33,619 nucleotides of DNA from Welwitschia mirabilis (taxonomy: Eukaryota), in NCBI GenBank assembly GCA_051453625.1, contig JBOZIK010000001.1:18410138-18443756 (forward strand), given 5' to 3'. Every line of letters begins with the position of its first letter. Position 1 is the stretch's first letter. The translations under genes were made by a program, and so were the position numbers. This document shows, piece by piece, positions 1-10,815 of this stretch. Below the pieces are notes generated by a model. That model was not told the origin of the DNA. It made no database searches and saw nothing but the letters and a program-made list of their open reading frames with translations.

Positions 1-3000
1 TCTAAGCATCAAACCAATCTTCTTCCTATAGATGTCCATGTCTTTTGCAACGTGGACCCTTTAATTGGATTAAGGCCTAGGACACTTTTAAGTCCCATCC
101 TCTCCTTTTAGTCCTATATATTAATATTTGTTGGATTGAAATCTCTAAACAAATTTTGGGTCCAAATATATGTTGCTCAATGTAAATTAGTATGCATTTG
201 ATTTTTAGATTTGTTATAAAACGATAATCGACTATAATTGCAAATTGAAAATGGGACGGAGCTATAATGCATGAAAATGAAATTGTCAATGGCATCGAAT
301 TCTATAATACTTACATGTTAGTGATTTTCATAGAAATGTTTCCAAATTTATCAAGGAGACCGTTATCTGTAAGATCGCAACAAATAGCCTCATTGGTCCT
401 TGACATTGCTCCATGCAGATACGCACGTGATAGTCTTCCCCATCTATCTTATGGAGAAGAAGCACCCCGGATCAAGTTACCTACAAGATTTGAAGAATAC
501 TAGAATTAGTTATGTATATGCTAAAGATTACATATCAAAATCGTAGAATTTTGATTTGCATGTTAATATGTATTTGAAAAATGGCATCGCTTAAATGCTT
601 ACCTCTACCACATTTTTTGTCTCAAAACAAAATTTCTCTAGAGCACCAAAACAATCAAATATGATTTTTGTAGAACATTTAGCTTGAGGAGTATGATGAA
701 GTGAAGTAAATCCTTCTTCATACTCCATCTTGGAATAACAAACATATCCATTAAGGCTTGTTTTTCCTCCTACATTTTATCCAATAATGTGAAATATATT
801 GCAAACTTTATGTTTCCAAATCCAAACATAAGAATTTCCTTGCTGTTGGGTTGTCGGCAAATAAGATAGTGGAGATGAGGATGATGGTATAGAAATTTTG
901 ATGTGAGTTTAGCCATTCCCACCCTCTAAATAAACAATGTAAGGCAATTTGAAAACGTTTTACTTCATTATAACAAAGTAAAAGGAATAAAATATATGAA
1001 ATTATAAATATATTTCATAAGGCATTTATTCCTAGTTGTTAGCTTCTTAGTGCAAAGCGGCTTTCTAAGGTCTTCAAGAAGATTAACATAGTGTCCTGTG
1101 CAAAGCGTCAAATACAAATGAGGGTAACGATGCATTGATCATCAAACTGTTGGGTTATAGGCACAAGTATTACCTATAGCAACCACACATGATGACAAAA
1201 AGACAGAATTATGGAACACAAGGTTAATTAATTTTAACATTTAAGACAGAAAAATGTTGTAGATTACTAAAATGATGAGTGAGATAGGTAATAACATTCA
1301 TGAGTATTAAAGTTCAAAAGTTTGTTTCTTAAACTTACTTTTCTCTTTCCTTTTTTTTCCCCTCCTTTTCTTGATACCTAGATAACCTTGTGTTGGGCTA
1401 CAACCTAACCTCTAAGAGTTGGGGGATCCCTGTTGAAATCTTCTATGTTCTCCCCTTATTCCTAAATTTCCCGAGTTTATAAAGCTTGCTTTCCCATGCC
1501 CCTATACCCTAGGGGCTGGAAGTTTGCTCTTCCCTCACCTATTTCATACCTTGCGTGTGGAAGAGGTCCTCTCCCCTTTTAGCTCTTTACACAACTCCCC
1601 TTTCTAGTCCATGAAATCATCATTTTCCCCTTTTTCTCAGCCTTTTGACCTTCTAGACACCTAGATGGACATATACCTTTCCAAGATGACCTTCCCCTTT
1701 TCCATCAGTCCCAGAGTAGCCAATGTTCTCCATCACCCTCTGCCCTCCTCCCTAGCTAAAGTTACCTCTCCTTTCCCTCCGCCCTTCCCTTCTTCTCACA
1801 TGTGTCAGTCCATTCCTTTCTTTCTTACTCACCTCTTCCACATCTAGGGTGTGGAAAAAGAGTCCTTCCACCATACAATTCCATGCTCAAGGCATAGAAT
1901 CCTATGCCTTCCCCTTCCCAAGTAGTTGAAGGCCTCCAATGGCACAAACAAACAGAGGTTACATGAAAGGCATTCTTCTTTGGTAGATGGCAGAGCTCTA
2001 ACAAACCCTTCTCTTCTAATCCGAGTCAAATCCAAGGTTAAAGGAATCCCTTCTTAGTTGATGGGGTTAGCTTCAGGTAGAAGGATCATTACTGCTCACC
2101 TTTCTTCCCCTTTTCTCTCTCACTTCACTTCATCCATTTTCCTTTCCCTATCTTTCCTTACCTCACTCTCCCTCCACCACTCTTCCTTATACCCAACCCC
2201 TTTCTGTGCCCTAGGCATGAAATCCTAAACCCTTGCCACACCCTAGGTGTGGAACCCAGTCCCTTCCATGCCTTGTGCGTGGAAGACACCCTCCTCCCCA
2301 TTTTCGCTCTTAATCCAGCTCATCTGTCCCCTTCTTGCAAAACCTAGCCCAAGATCCCTCCTTTAGATAGGGTTTCCTTCTAGTCGCTCTTTGTTGCCTA
2401 CCTCCTACTGTTGAAGACCAGTCCACCAGTGCATTCCAACCTATTATTCATCTTCCTTCTCAGTGGGCATGTTCATCAAGCTCAGATATCTTGGAACCAA
2501 AAGAGTTCTAAGGTTGCATCAAATCCTTAGAATGCACCAAAATCAAATGAGCCTACCTCCAACATTATACCATGGTGGGGTACTAGCCCAGTGATCAGAT
2601 AGGTGACTATTGTTCCAATGGGGTGAACCTCCCTGGCATCATTAGGGACTAACAGAGTTTGTCAGTGTTTCCACTTTAGCCTTCAAGGAGTCATGATAGC
2701 ATGGGCCTAAAACTAGTTCGAAGACAAGATGTTATTTGAGCCTCTATCACTACATTCCCCTCCCTTCCTCTTGTCTGCTCTTAATTCAGAGATGCAGTCT
2801 TTCCCTTTCTCTTTTGCTTGTAGGTCCTCACATCTGGCGAATCCTCTTTTGTCATCTATTCACTTCTATTCTTAGCTGTTACTTGAGTCCTGTAATGTTA
2901 ATCTTTAGCTGGAGGCTTCTACTTGCATGCCTAGATGACAGTCTCAGTTTCCATGGATGGCACTCTTTGCAACTTGGTTTAGCTGATGACATATCTCCTT

Positions 3001-3560
3001 CATGAAGAAGGCGGCAAGAAGATAGAAGATTCTACTTTCTTTCAAGGCTTTCTTTTAAAAATTCATCTATGAGTTTTCCTCAAGTTTGAAAATAGTTGTT
3101 TCCCTTTCTATATATTTAGATCTTTCAGTTCTCTTCCTTTTTAGTCTAGGAAGACCTATAGATACTCTCTTTCCTCCCTTTGAGGAGAGCATGATGTTTT
3201 TATAGTAAAGAGTTTTCTGATTGCAATAAAGTGTTCTTTTTCTCTCACACCTTGGCAATTGCAATTTGTAGGCATATCAAAAAGAGTGTGAGGAGGACCT
3301 TGCTTACGGCAATGTCATTCTATGAGGGAGAGATAACCTTTGTTTCATAAGCAGTGGAGGAAAACCACCTCTGAGGTGTACCCTTCTCCCCTTTTCTGAA
3401 GAACTTTGCTTGCCCTTGTTCTAGCTTTCGGAGGAAATCCATTTGGAAACTCTATTACAACCCAAAGACCTGTTCCATCTCCTTTATTGCAGACGCCTTG
3501 GAGCAACATGGAGGATACCTGCTTCCTTTGGAAGTTCTCCCTTTTCTTACTCTTTTCCTT

Positions 3561-3596
3561 TGTGTGTGTGTGTTTTGGTTTTTTTTTTTTTTTTTT
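3561..3596. repeat. (TG)n microsatellite followed by a T-rich tract
   Basis: tgtgtgtgtgtg then ttttgg and a long poly-T run. Confidence 0.85.
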
Positions 3597-4081
3597 CAAA
3601 TCAAGCCCTTTGTTTCTTGAGGTTTCCTCACTAACCCTTGCCTGGGCTTTACCCTGTTCCTGAGTCACAGTGTGCCGTGGGGGTTTATTTTGGGTGCCTA
3701 ATTTCCAGCAGCCCTCAAAAACAAGTTCAGGTTGCCTTACTGTACGAAGCAGACATTGGTCCTTTCCACGCCCAGGGAAAGGAATTTACATTAACACCAT
3801 GCTTGGCCTGACCTCGTTAACAACATTTTTCAACTCATCAAATAAAAGCTGAGCATTCATAATATTACCAAATCCATCAATAGATTTCAAGAACATGGTT
3901 TCAGAAGCTAAGTGTTCAAGAAATTAATGAGATTGTCTATCTTCTATGTTACTCTTGTCTGTTTGCAAGGACGCTGCAACCAAATTATCACCTAAGCCTT
4001 CTTATGATAGCCATCATGTCCAGAATGCCATGCTTAATATCTTGTAGCATGGATGTCTATGACGGTGTATGTAGGAGCTCT

Positions 4082-4099
4082 NNNNNNNNNNNNNNNNNN
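4082..4099. other. Assembly gap (18 N)
   Basis: Run of N. Confidence 0.99.
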
Positions 4100-6509
4100 A
4101 TCAGTAATAGCATCATGACAATCTAAAACATCTGACTTGCAAAGGCATACAATAGCAAGCCTTGCAAGTAGCAGAACTATGCAAGTGTCATGTTTGCTTT
4201 CTGAGTAATAACGTCTTTATCATGCATGGCAGTCCGAATAGTCTGCTAACCACCAGGCCCATGGTATGGAGGCAACAAATCAACTCCTCTTTCAACGGTG
4301 GAATGATACTAGGACTTAATCCCCTGAGATCACAATTCAACCGGGGGACTAGAAGTGGATGCTTGCCACTCAGATGGTGGCTAGCACTGGCACTCTCAGT
4401 AGTTCTAGAGGAAGGATGAGCCTGGACCCTCTACATATACACTTAACAGCCCTCAACTGTCCTGTTCCCCACTCTAGACATAGATGTTTCCTCCTTATTC
4501 ACAAAACAAGAGAAAACCCTCTTCATTCGTCTCTCCATCAAAAGATCGACAAGATTTGATTTATTTTCTTTTTCCTTCTCTTTGTTTCAAGTGTGCATGC
4601 ATTTTTTCAACAATCTTGAGGCTGAGAATACTAGGACAGGGTATGATGTCATGGCTAGGTACTTGTGCAACATCATATTTCATTCCATTTACCCCCACTA
4701 TGAAATGCAGCAAAGCAATAATTGCATTTCAAGTAATCTGCTTTTTGGGGATGTGGTTGGGTGCCATGTTGACAGGGAGGGCCTCTCCTAGGCATCATGG
4801 AAACCCTGCAAGTCCGCAACATGCATTAGAGAATTATTACTAATTAGGAAAGTGAACTGAAAGTTCAAACCAGAGATTTCTGATTCAGGAAATGGGTTTT
4901 CCATTTTCCAATTGAGAAATCTCTTGTTTCAATTCATTCTGATATCTGAAGTACGAACTGGAATCAACATTCATTGTTCAAAACAATGGCAGTTGGAAAC
5001 AGAATAAGAAAATAGTGACCTAACAGACAGACAAAATAAATCAGAACTCAGTAGTTGTGCTGTTCAAACTGAACCTTGAACTATAGTAGAAATTTCTACT
5101 TCAAATGGGGGAATCCAATCACAGGATCGAATTTTGACAGTGATTGTTGTTAGAGGCATTCAGAGTCACTTTCAGGCTACTAATCACTCCTATGACAATT
5201 AGTCACTGCTGGATTAAACACTGCATATCATGCAACACACATGAGGGTTAGTGGCTCCGATCTGCACAGTGCCAGTTCCACGTTTCACTCTTAATGGGCT
5301 GTGGCACCAGTTCGTTGTTTCTATCATGCAACGATTGCAGTTTCATGCATATCTTGCAGGCTGTACATTTTGATTCTTAATTGGCCTGTGTGTCTTTATG
5401 CTAAAGTGGTGGGATCATCTGTGTCATCTGATACCTCAGTCAACTTTTGTAATTCCTAGATCTGCAGCTATGGCTTAACCATGGTACTACACACCATATA
5501 ATTTCTGGCTCCTTCCAGTAGTTGTTCGATAGAGATGATGAATCTTCCCATTCGACTTTTCCTCGCCTCTTTTGGTTGTGGAATACACTTTTCTGCAGCT
5601 AGTTCCACACTTTTTAGTGGTTTAGTTTGTTACAGAACCAGGAAACCGGATGATGTCTGAGGTCCCAACATATTTTGCCTATCTGGATAACTGCTTCCTC
5701 ATTAGGTACATTGATGTTCAGTTGGAACTCAAGACTCGAGTCAGTTCTGCTGACAGCTATCTTAAGGCACTAGAGATTTCTTTTAACAGGAGAAAGATCT
5801 CTCAGAATTCTTGAAGCATTCTGTGATCTCCTCTTTACTGGAATACAGTGCATGTTTCTTAATTTGGTTATTAGCAACCTAACTCTTGTTACTATCTGTA
5901 AGTCCTTCAGGGAAGTCTTTCTCTTGAGAGAAAAAGTGTTAAAACTGCCTTGTTTTCCAACATCCTTGCTTGTAATTTCCCTTTATGGTTAATTTCAACT
6001 GTAAAGTCAAGAAACCTGGAATTTTTCTGCCATTTACTTGCAGTTTCTTGTAGGTCCATTAGTACTTTAAAAGGCATGTCAGATAGCATTAAGATATAAA
6101 TTACATTGGAGTTTTCAACATGCTCAGAATTTTTGCATTGTTTTATATTGACTTTTTAAATGAACAATTTCTGATTTTTTTTTTTTTTTGCATGGCTTAT
6201 CATGCTGTTCATATTATACTGGATTCCATTGTAAATATAGAATGATAGACTATGCATCTAGTCCAACATAGTGGATACTATTTCAGAGAAGCTAATAAAG
6301 GATTGGGTAATGCCACCATTTTTCTGAACAGTCAAAGTAAGCTTCAACAATTAAGTGAGCCTACAAACAATATTTGTGTAGTGCTGTCTTCAGAGTACAA
6401 CGTTCTAGCATTTTGTGTTCTCCCTTAATGATATTGTTTTGGCCTTTAACAATTCTTATCTATGATTATATTGGTGTTAACGTGCGGGATGTTATCTATC
6501 AAAATGTAG

Positions 6510-6656
6510 GCTCCCAGAGTTTGTCCAAGTTGTGGGACAGATTGGGAATGCTCAGGATTGAACTTTGAACTTCCTGATTTGAATCAAACAAACCCTTCTG
6601 AAGGTAAACAAAGAATTCAGCGACCAGAAAAGAGAAGGAAACTTTCCAGGAGTTAG
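6510..6656 (+). CDS. NSE1: Terminal coding exon of probable NSE1 (SMC5/6 complex RING subunit); upstream exons not found in window
   Basis: After acceptor aaatgtag (AG 6508-6509, which also forms an in-frame TAG) the frame reads APRVCPSCGTDWECSGLNFELPDLNQTNPSEGKQRIQRPEKRRKLSRS then TAG 6654-6656. RVCPSCGTxW resembles the last CxxC of the plant NSE1 RING as I recall it, followed by a basic tail. Not in the ORF track (48 aa, no ATG). T-rich UTR-like sequence follows to about 7450. Confidence 0.62.
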   Translation, partial: APRVCPSCGTDWECSGLNFELPDLNQTNPSEGKQRIQRPEKRRKLSRS

Positions 6657-7779
6657 ATCTGATGTGACAAGCAATCATCAACAATGAGCTGAATGGAATC
6701 TTAATATTACTTTGCAGAACTCTACGGCTGGGTATTTATTCATCTTTATTCATAGCAGCAATGTCTATTTTTCACTGTTGCTGTTAAAGCATGCAGTTTT
6801 TTTTGAACAGAGAGAAACAAGTCAACCTTACTTTAGGATCACTTTAAAGATTACATTTTGGCGAGGAAAAATACCATGTGCCAAGGCAAGGCAGAACCCT
6901 TTGTTTTATTTTAAAATATGAAAGTGTGTCAAACCTCCGTTGACAAATAAGGAGTATGATGATGGTCTTACAATATGCCTAGTGTCCTTTAAATTTCTAG
7001 TTGAAATTATAATTGGAAAAACAAGCATACTTCATATGTTAAAATTGAAATGTTGTCTTTAGAAGGTTCTGCTTTGTGTGTCAAGAAAATTAATGAAGAT
7101 CATCATTGGTCATTATATTGACTGTTAACAATTACTGTCTCTTGAACATCTGGCCTTTCAGTTATAGTTTGTCTGATAGTTCTTGTAAAGCTGTTCTTCC
7201 TAGGTTTAATTGTATTTGAAGCTGCTATCTGGTAATGTACTGAAATTCTCCAGTTCGCACCTTTTCTGTTGTCACTGCTTTCAACATATCATGTGTATTA
7301 TCCATCCAAATCGAACGGAGATGTTTTCGAGTAGAGAATACTTTCGTATGCTAACATTTGGGTTCAGGTGTAAAAAGCCTTAATTACAGTTGTTTTTGTA
7401 CGTTAGTTCCTGATTTTGTGGATTCTTTTATCATTTAGTATGATGAAAAATGTTTCAATGAAGCTTACAAGCGGAGAAAAAAATGTTGATAGGAGGCTTT
7501 GGTGGGAAGTCCAATCACACAAAAGAAAAAACATAGGATTATTCGAACTCTAAAAAGCGAATTGGGGACGATGTCATTGAACCTTCGTACTTTTTAAGAA
7601 GTAATCACAAGGAAATAAACCATGTCATATTTGGGAATGTGTTGGTCATATGTTAATAGATTGCTGGAGAAGGGTTTAGGATCCCATAGATTAAATCCCA
7701 ACGTTGGATTATAAAATAAAGGTTGCATCATGATAGTGTTTATTTGGAAAAAGTTCAAGTAGAGTAACAAAAGCTAAAA

Positions 7780-9085
7780 GCTTACACATAGATGCAAGGA
7801 TAAGTTTGTGATCCATAAAGGGTAGGTAAGGTTGGTTATGTGTTGGACCCAAAATAGTAATATGATATTAACTTTCAAAAACATCCAAAGCACATTGTAG
7901 GTATAAGAGTAATAAGCCAATGTTAATGGTATAAAGACTGCTAGTAAAAAAACGAAACAAAAATTCCTATGGCTAGACAATACATCATTATAACCAAAAT
8001 GAACTTGTTGAAAGTAATAAAAGAACTTTAAGCATCTTTTGTTATGTCAACCTCGAGTCATATGAAACCACTCTTATAGTCTTCCCTTTATCCATTAGTT
8101 ATAGGCTATGTTGTTTGGCATGGAGGTTTGAACAAAAAGGATATGCTACAGAATAATTAGATTCTAATGAAGCAGCCATGAAATTGAAAGAGTCCACTCG
8201 ACCAATGCTTCAATGGTTGCAGAAGATGAATGACATGCAACCGAATTTTCACTGCCTAAGTGTGAATTTAACAAGTAATACTTTGCAAAATAGATGCCTT
8301 AAGCCTTGAGTTTAGAAAAGAGAGCTACTAATTCTTTGAAAAGTATAACTACGTTGTTGTATTCAGATTGCATGAAAGATGTAGGGTCCCAAACATTTCC
8401 AAAGAAATAAACAATGCCTTGAAAGATTTAGTAGGTCTCCAAGAATATGCTTTAAAATTGGATGAAGTTCTTACAATAATATAAAGAACCCACATCCAAG
8501 TGTTCTCAGCCATAAAGCAATCAATGAAGCAATATTAAAAACTATCTTCGTTTTGGTAGAAAAGACAAGTGGCTGCCCAACTCTCATACGGAAAAGCATT
8601 TCAGCAATGAGTAGACCTTAATAAAGGAGATACCATAAAAAGTGCTATTGTTTTGGTAAGGAAGGTAATTTCCAAGTGCTTTTGAGTTTTTGATATCAAT
8701 TGATTCGCTAAGTTTGAGGTATGACACAATTCATCATAATGATTTTTAATGGATATGCCTTTAAATAGCATACGATAAGATTTTTTCACTTTATAAGAAT
8801 AAAAGGACTACCATCTTTCCACTATATTAATTTTAAAGGGTTTGAAACCTTGGTGCATAGAATAGGCCTTGTGTTGGGAGAAATTCCTTTGGAGCATGAT
8901 TGATATGCATTAAAACAACTCAAAATTTTTCATAATTAGAAATCATTATATACAATATGGCTTTCTAAATTGGCAGGTCATAATCCTAAATGGTTGGGAT
9001 CAGATCCACATAATATGCAAATGGTTACCATCTAAATGCAAAATAGAATAAACTCATACCCAACAAATCCAAGCAATTTTCATAT
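7780..9085 (-). mobile_element. Degenerate L1-type LINE, 3' part (zf-RVT-like region and downstream)
   Basis: Minus strand near 9080-8990 reads KIAWICWV*VYSILHLDG / CILCGSDPNH, resembling the zf-RVT CxxC..H region. 8857-9067 is homologous to 10612-10815. Left boundary is a guess. Confidence 0.45.
8857..9067 (+). repeat. Direct repeat copy 1 (~210 bp; partner 10612-10815)
   Basis: Collinear shared blocks: tgggagaaattcc, ggagcat, gatatgcattaaaa, taattagaaa, ttatatacaatatggcttt, ttgggatcagat, cacataatatgcaaa, caacaaa. Confidence 0.9.
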
Positions 9086-9479
9086 CAAACAATATTACAA
9101 AAAGTGTCCCAACCCACTTCTTATAGTCAGAAAATTACATTAACACATGAATTGGTTGGGACAAGCCCCCAACCTAGCTTTCACTTACTCAATTATCCCT
9201 CCTCGCTTCACTTGGTGGGAGTTGGCAAATTTAACCTGATTTTGTGAAACATGATTTAGCAATTATTTCACAGAGGACATAGAGTTTGAAATACCAACAT
9301 AAAAATTTTTATATGACTTAGCTAATAAAGGATTACATGAACCCAATTTCTAATAAGATAACAATTAAAAAAAAATGTAAAGAAAAGAGAAGCAGTTGAA
9401 AAAGATCATTTTCAATGTGTTTGTAACCGCTGATAGGCTCTGCACCAAGCTACTACCTTCTTTCATTGTGTAGCAAAAG

Positions 9480-10611
9480 AAATATTTCTGGAAGCTTGTT
9501 CTCCTTCGTTACTAGATTGGCGCCTCCTCAACTCTTATCCATCAGACCACCGATAATTTTAGATAGGGATACTCCCAAAAATTGCCCCGTCTCCTTCTAC
9601 GGATTTTCTCAATTATGGAAGGGGTCTTCACAACTTTGACTCATCTTCTTCACAAATTTCCAGCAAGATGTACCTTGATTCTTGATCTTCTGATGCATTT
9701 CAAGTTCGTATTCAAGGCCTCAGAACGTAATTCCTTCCCTAAATCATTCTCTGCGCACTCCAAGGATCTGCGAAGCCCATCCGCTCGTCTTATCCCTTAC
9801 AAGCGCAAAACGACCGGATTACAGACGCGGAACTCCGATGATGAGGCGGCAACGCGAAATGATCTGCCACGTATCGCAGCTGTGCAGAATCGTCCCGTAC
9901 GATTTCACCAATTTGTTGGCCTTGCCGACCGTCAGGCGAATGGCGCCGTTGAAATGCGTTCAGCCTGAGCAAGTTGCCAGCGCAGACGATCGTCCCAGTC
10001 AAGTGCGAGGGTGGCAGTTGCGAGGACGCAAAAGTAAACGCGGGATTCGTTGCATGGGAGTTTGCGGTTGTCATGGAGGGAGCACCCAAGGAGGTCCAAG
10101 GCCGGAGGGTGGCCCCAAGTCTACGAAAAAACGTCCGAAGAAACGCGAGAGCTGTCGATTTTGAATACGGACACTGTGATCAAGCAGAGAGAGTTCGCAT
10201 ACAAGGTGATGCGGGCAAAGCTTGGATTGCCATTGGAGGTGGCGCCACAGAGGAAAGAAACGTTGGAGAGAAGGGAAGCATGTCAGAGGGCTTTTGCCAT
10301 GTACTTGTCGACGCACGTTAGGGCTGCGATATTTGGAGTGGCAGCGACTGAGGACGTTTGTGGGAGTGAAGGTGTTGAGCTTTCGCAACGGGTTTTCCAT
10401 GTCTGGTGGATTCCTGTAACACCTTGGCTGTCGCTCCACTTTCCAGCAAATGTTTATCGTCTGAGTTGTTGTAGAGTGTGTGTTACTGCTCCATGTCGCT
10501 TGTCTCACATTTCTTTGCAGTCGGATTTCACATAACATTGCCGCCGCACTTCTTCCTTCCTCAAATTGGCGACCACATTTGATTGGCGATTTCTTTACGA
10601 GGAAACCCTTG
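9480..10611 (-). other. GC/CpG-rich island; weak resemblance on - to LINE ORF2 endonuclease/linker region
   Basis: Line 9841-9900 has 34/60 G+C and 7 CpG; line 10801-10860 has 12/60 and none. Minus 9800-9480 reads LRRSLECAENDLGKELRSEALNTNLKCIRR..*VKVVKTPS..RRRRRGN..FQKYF, like an L1 ORF2 linker. WQKPSDMLP, FLCGATSN and PAFTF are weakly endonuclease-like. Identity uncertain. Confidence 0.45.
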
Positions 10612-10815
10612 TAGAATAGGGCTGGGAGAAATTCCGAAGGAGCATAAGAGATATGCATTAAAATAGCTTACAATTCTTATTAATTAGAAATTATTATATA
10701 CAATATGGCTTTTTAAATTTGCAGTCATAATCTCATATATTTGGGATCAGATTCACATAATATGCAAACAGTTAACATTCAAATCCAAAATATAATAAAC
10801 TTATATTCAACAAAC
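10612..10815 (+). repeat. Direct repeat copy 2 (partner 8857-9067)
   Basis: Same blocks as copy 1; forms the zf-RVT-like end of the LINE at 10612-13480. Confidence 0.9.

Larger units (their letters stand above)
1320..4821 (-). mobile_element. Decayed LTR-retrotransposon-like block (probably within an NSE1 intron)
   Basis: Strong pyrimidine skew on + at 1320-2420, with a recurring CTAGG(G)TGTGGAA-like motif near 1507, 1844 and 2241. Broken K/E-rich reading on - near 3000-3260. Right edge ends CAACA at 4817-4821 (TGTTG on -), an LTR-like terminus. No paired LTR, TSD or pol motif found; boundaries approximate. Confidence 0.35.

Noticed and set aside
267..503. 78-aa ORF ending RIKLPTRFEEY
   Set aside because: Only loosely resembles an LTR-retrotransposon post-integrase motif; no supporting motifs or splice structure.
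3345..3668. Overlapping ORFs with poly-K or poly-F
   Set aside because: Produced by the (TG)n and poly-T tract.
1391..4821. TGTTG..CAACA as termini of one intact LTR element
   Set aside because: Flanks ccttg and tgcat are not a TSD; no paired LTRs or PBS.
5636..5705. AG/GT-bounded 70-nt segment as an upstream NSE1 exon
   Set aside because: The only open frame (PGNRMMSEVPTYFAYLDNCFLI) lacks the expected RING ligands and ends in phase 2, incompatible with the phase-0 last exon.
7480..7740. Possible + strand LINE fragment (RRLWW-like)
   Set aside because: Resemblance too weak to support.
10071..10658. 195-aa minus ORF as a real gene
   Set aside because: Starts in decayed LINE sequence, no recognisable domain, and long frames are expected at this GC level; covered under the island finding.
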